Under the pieces are notes generated by a model, which was not told the DNA's origin, did not search any database, and saw only the letters and a list, made by a program, of their open reading frames with translations. This document shows positions 21,748-24,000 of a DNA stretch of 24,000 nt, piece by piece. This DNA comes from Candidatus Woesearchaeota archaeon (GTDB lineage: Archaea > Nanobdellota > Nanobdellia > Pacearchaeales > GW2011-AR1), in the NCBI GenBank assembly GCA_964554415.1, contig CAZKON010000004.1, forward strand, positions 1 through 24,000. The letters run 5' to 3'. How positions within the stretch are numbered: position 1 is the stretch's first letter; each line of letters starts with the position of its first letter. The translations under genes were made by a program, and so were the position numbers.

Positions 21748-24000
21748 TCAAAACCCTGTCGATACACCGCCAGGCTGCAGCGTTGATGAGTGCGGCTCTG
21801 GTCTGTAAAATTCATTATTCTTGTTTGTGTTCTGCTGCTTCACGACATAAACAATTGCAACAATTACAAAGATAATGAATATAATTAATGCGATGATAAC
21901 AACAATCATTGTCTTAGAATCAAGCGCCGCAAGACCTTTTTTGTCAATTCCTGTAGAATTTGTAGTATTAATAAGTCTCGTCACGCCAGGAGCAACGTTA
22001 GTGCCTCCGCCAGGCCCACCACCGCCTCCACCTGGAGCAGTTTCTTCAGTTATTGTACGCAGCATGATAAGAGGTTTGCCATTTGTAACCTGAAGGAAAG
22101 TGATATTAAAATCAGGACGGCTGTTTGCATTCAAGTCAAGTGATTGTGTTTCACCTTGTGAAAGAGTAAAGGTAATAGGCAGGTTCTTGATTGTTATTGT
22201 TAATCTGTTAGCGCTCAAACTGACAATTGTCATGTTATAATTAGTTGTTCCTACTCGGAACAAGAGAGTCTCACCTACGCTAAGTGTTGTATTATACCCC
22301 CGCGCCAGTGCTGTCGGCTGAATCACTAAAGGCGCTGGCTTTGGCTGCGGCTCATCGCTACCTACAAGCGTTATGGTGTTGTTCTTGCTAGCTGAATCAT
22401 TTTGATAATTCCCGAGTCCATTGTTGAAGAAAGTCATCCGAAGCAGAGAATTATCAGAAGAACTTGCAAAGTAAGCACCATAATTTGCGTTTGACCTTAA
22501 AGCAGTACGATCCATAGTATTAAAGTTACTGCGCTCAAACCACACACCGCTTCCAAGACTCTGCTCAATTGCTCCCCTGTTAATAAAAGAATTCTGTGTA
22601 TCATTGAGATGCAATCCAACTTCTTCGCTTTGAGATATTGAAACACTATCAAGCACCGCTCCCCGCGTATTATGAATTAATATTCCTTTCGTGAACCCTT
22701 CAACCTTGATATTCTTTAGTGTGACATTCTTCTTATCGCGGACAGAAATACCTGTTGTTATTAATGATGACGAAGCAAGCGGATCAGCTGAAGTCGTAGT
22801 GACTCTAACAAAATTTCCTTGCCCATCAAGAGAAACATTGTCTGAAGCAATCGTCAAACATGTTTTATCGGAGCTGAGTGACTGCGTAAGCTGGTAGATT
22901 CCTGGCTTATCAATTGTACCGCACGCACTCACACCCGTTGGAGACACAGGAGTAGTTGCTGCAAGCGCAAGTTGTGTTTTGAACAATGAGTCTGCTTCTG
23001 CTGCCGAAAGCCCATAATCAAAGAATTGTAGTTCATCAATATGCCCATTAAAGAATCGCTTTTCAGCTCCGCCTGTAAAGTCACGACCGATGTACAAATC
23101 TCCAATTGCTCCCATGGTCCCTCCTGAAACAGGAAGACTTTTTATTTCGCTTCCATCTAAATATAAAACAAGATGGCTTCCATTATAAACTGCACTCCAA
23201 TACTGCCACACTCCAGTTTTAACGCTTCCTACAGGAGCTCTTACAGACACCCATTCTTTATCCAAAAATGCCCAGAAATCAACGGAACCATCTTTATTCG
23301 GGCCAAAAACATAAGCTTTTCTCTTTGACACCCAGCTTCCAGTGATATCTCCTGCAGTCAAATCATTTGTCTTGAACCATCCAGAAATACTAAAGGCTCC
23401 ATAAAATGAGAGCACTGCCGCGTTAGGTACATATAACTCGTCATCACTGCCATCAAATGAAGCTGCCTTTCCTACCTTGCCGCTACTGCTTGCTACACCG
23501 TTTTTTGCACTTCCTCCAATGTTACCGAGTATATCTTTGACTGCTCCTGGCTCTGCACTAATAATTTCGTCAAAACTCCAATGCGCCACTCTGCCCAGAC
23601 CACCGGCACTCAATAGTTCCCTGCGCTGCTTTTCATAAATCGCTTTAATCCCATCTGCGTTAGTAACCTTATAAGTAATATTCATTTCGTCAAGCATACC
23701 ATTCAAATAATGAGTGCGGACATTCCCATTAAAAACATCTTTACCCATGCCAAGTGTAAGTCCTGAAATTGAGGCATCTGGTCCATCAGAAACGCTTGCC
23801 GAAGCAATCTGTTTTCCGTTTATATAAATCGCCTTGACTGTTCCACCATTTCCTCCAGAAACCAATGCGACATGGGTCCAATTTCCATAATAAGGACTAT
23901 AGTCCACACTGACTCTTCCTTTAGAGTCGCTTGGCTCCCCATAATCCCAATACAATTTATTATTTGCCCATAGATATGCGCCAAAACGATTAGCATCACC
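21748..24000 (-). CDS. Giant surface protein (5' end outside window): two LamG domains, right-handed beta-helix (PbH1-like) repeats, Gly-rich linker, C-terminal TM anchor
   Basis: The frame is open to the window edge (the track start at 23955 is a TTG). LamG cores: WTHVALV...IYINGK...LDEMNI and ITGSWVSKRKAYVFGPNKDGSVDFWAFLDKEWVSV...LYLDGS...GDLYIGRD...FNGHIDELQFF. Beta-helix-like repeats: NVTLKNIKVEGFTKGILIHNTRGAVLDSVSISQSEEVGLHLNDTQNSFINRGAIEQS. GGGGGGPGGG, then TM MIVVIIALIIFIIFVIVAIVYVV. Confidence 0.85.
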   Translation of the reverse strand, partial: GDANRFGAYLWANNKLYWDYGEPSDSKGRVSVDYSPYYGNWTHVALVSGGNGGTVKAIYINGKQIASASVSDGPDASISGLTLGMGKDVFNGNVRTHYLNGMLDEMNITYKVTNADGIKAIYEKQRRELLSAGGLGRVAHWSFDEIISAEPGAVKDILGNIGGSAKNGVASSSGKVGKAASFDGSDDELYVPNAAVLSFYGAFSISGWFKTNDLTAGDITGSWVSKRKAYVFGPNKDGSVDFWAFLDKEWVSVRAPVGSVKTGVWQYWSAVYNGSHLVLYLDGSEIKSLPVSGGTMGAIGDLYIGRDFTGGAEKRFFNGHIDELQFFDYGLSAAEADSLFKTQLALAATTPVSPTGVSACGTIDKPGIYQLTQSLSSDKTCLTIASDNVSLDGQGNFVRVTTTSADPLASSSLITTGISVRDKKNVTLKNIKVEGFTKGILIHNTRGAVLDSVSISQSEEVGLHLNDTQNSFINRGAIEQSLGSGVWFERSNFNTMDRTALRSNANYGAYFASSSDNSLLRMTFFNNGLGNYQNDSASKNNTITLVGSDEPQPKPAPLVIQPTALARGYNTTLSVGETLLFRVGTTNYNMTIVSLSANRLTITIKNLPITFTLSQGETQSLDLNANSRPDFNITFLQVTNGKPLIMLRTITEETAPGGGGGGPGGGTNVAPGVTRLINTTNSTGIDKKGLAALDSKTMIVVIIALIIFIIFVIVAIVYVVKQQNTNKNNEFYRPEPHSSTLQPGGVSTGF

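Overview
Tightly packed, AT-rich archaeal chromosome segment. Gene content suggests a small-genome DPANN-type archaeon (inference): aRF1, TBP, ATP-dependent DNA ligase, ValRS, a RecJ-like DHH protein and UppS are present. TATA-like boxes sit about 25-30 nt upstream of start codons, implying largely leaderless mRNAs. Housekeeping genes are interleaved with accessory genes: two vapBC pairs, an AbrB-like mini-gene missed by the ORF track, an AbrB-like/MNT nucleotidyltransferase, TrmB and tandem-Lrp regulators, an EF-hand protein and a Cys-repeat membrane protein. The right end (17.7-24 kb) is a surface-protein block of two giant LamG proteins plus an M64-like zinc-protease domain. The strongest unexplained signal is non-coding. 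A dispersed, modular family of hairpin-cluster elements occurs at 1-215, 4536-4691, 9248-9531, 12857-12947 and 17228-17710. It is built from short stem-loops of the type TC[AG][AG]GAA..loop..TTC[CT][CT]GA. Stems differ between units and copies but stay complementary. One 198-nt domain is closed by a perfect 14-bp helix around a 26-27-nt-period tandem hairpin array. One copy sits in frame inside a coding gene. I recognise no known RNA or IS family in these elements. Second-tier signals are a G7 tract placed exactly as a G_GGG_GGG -1 slippery site, which would join the 957-aa LamG protein to the start-less, signal-less metalloprotease ORF. There is also an (AG)7 tract between the TATA box and ATG of that same gene, and an acylphosphatase-UppS fusion. 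No tRNA, rRNA, CRISPR array, transposase or integrase was seen.
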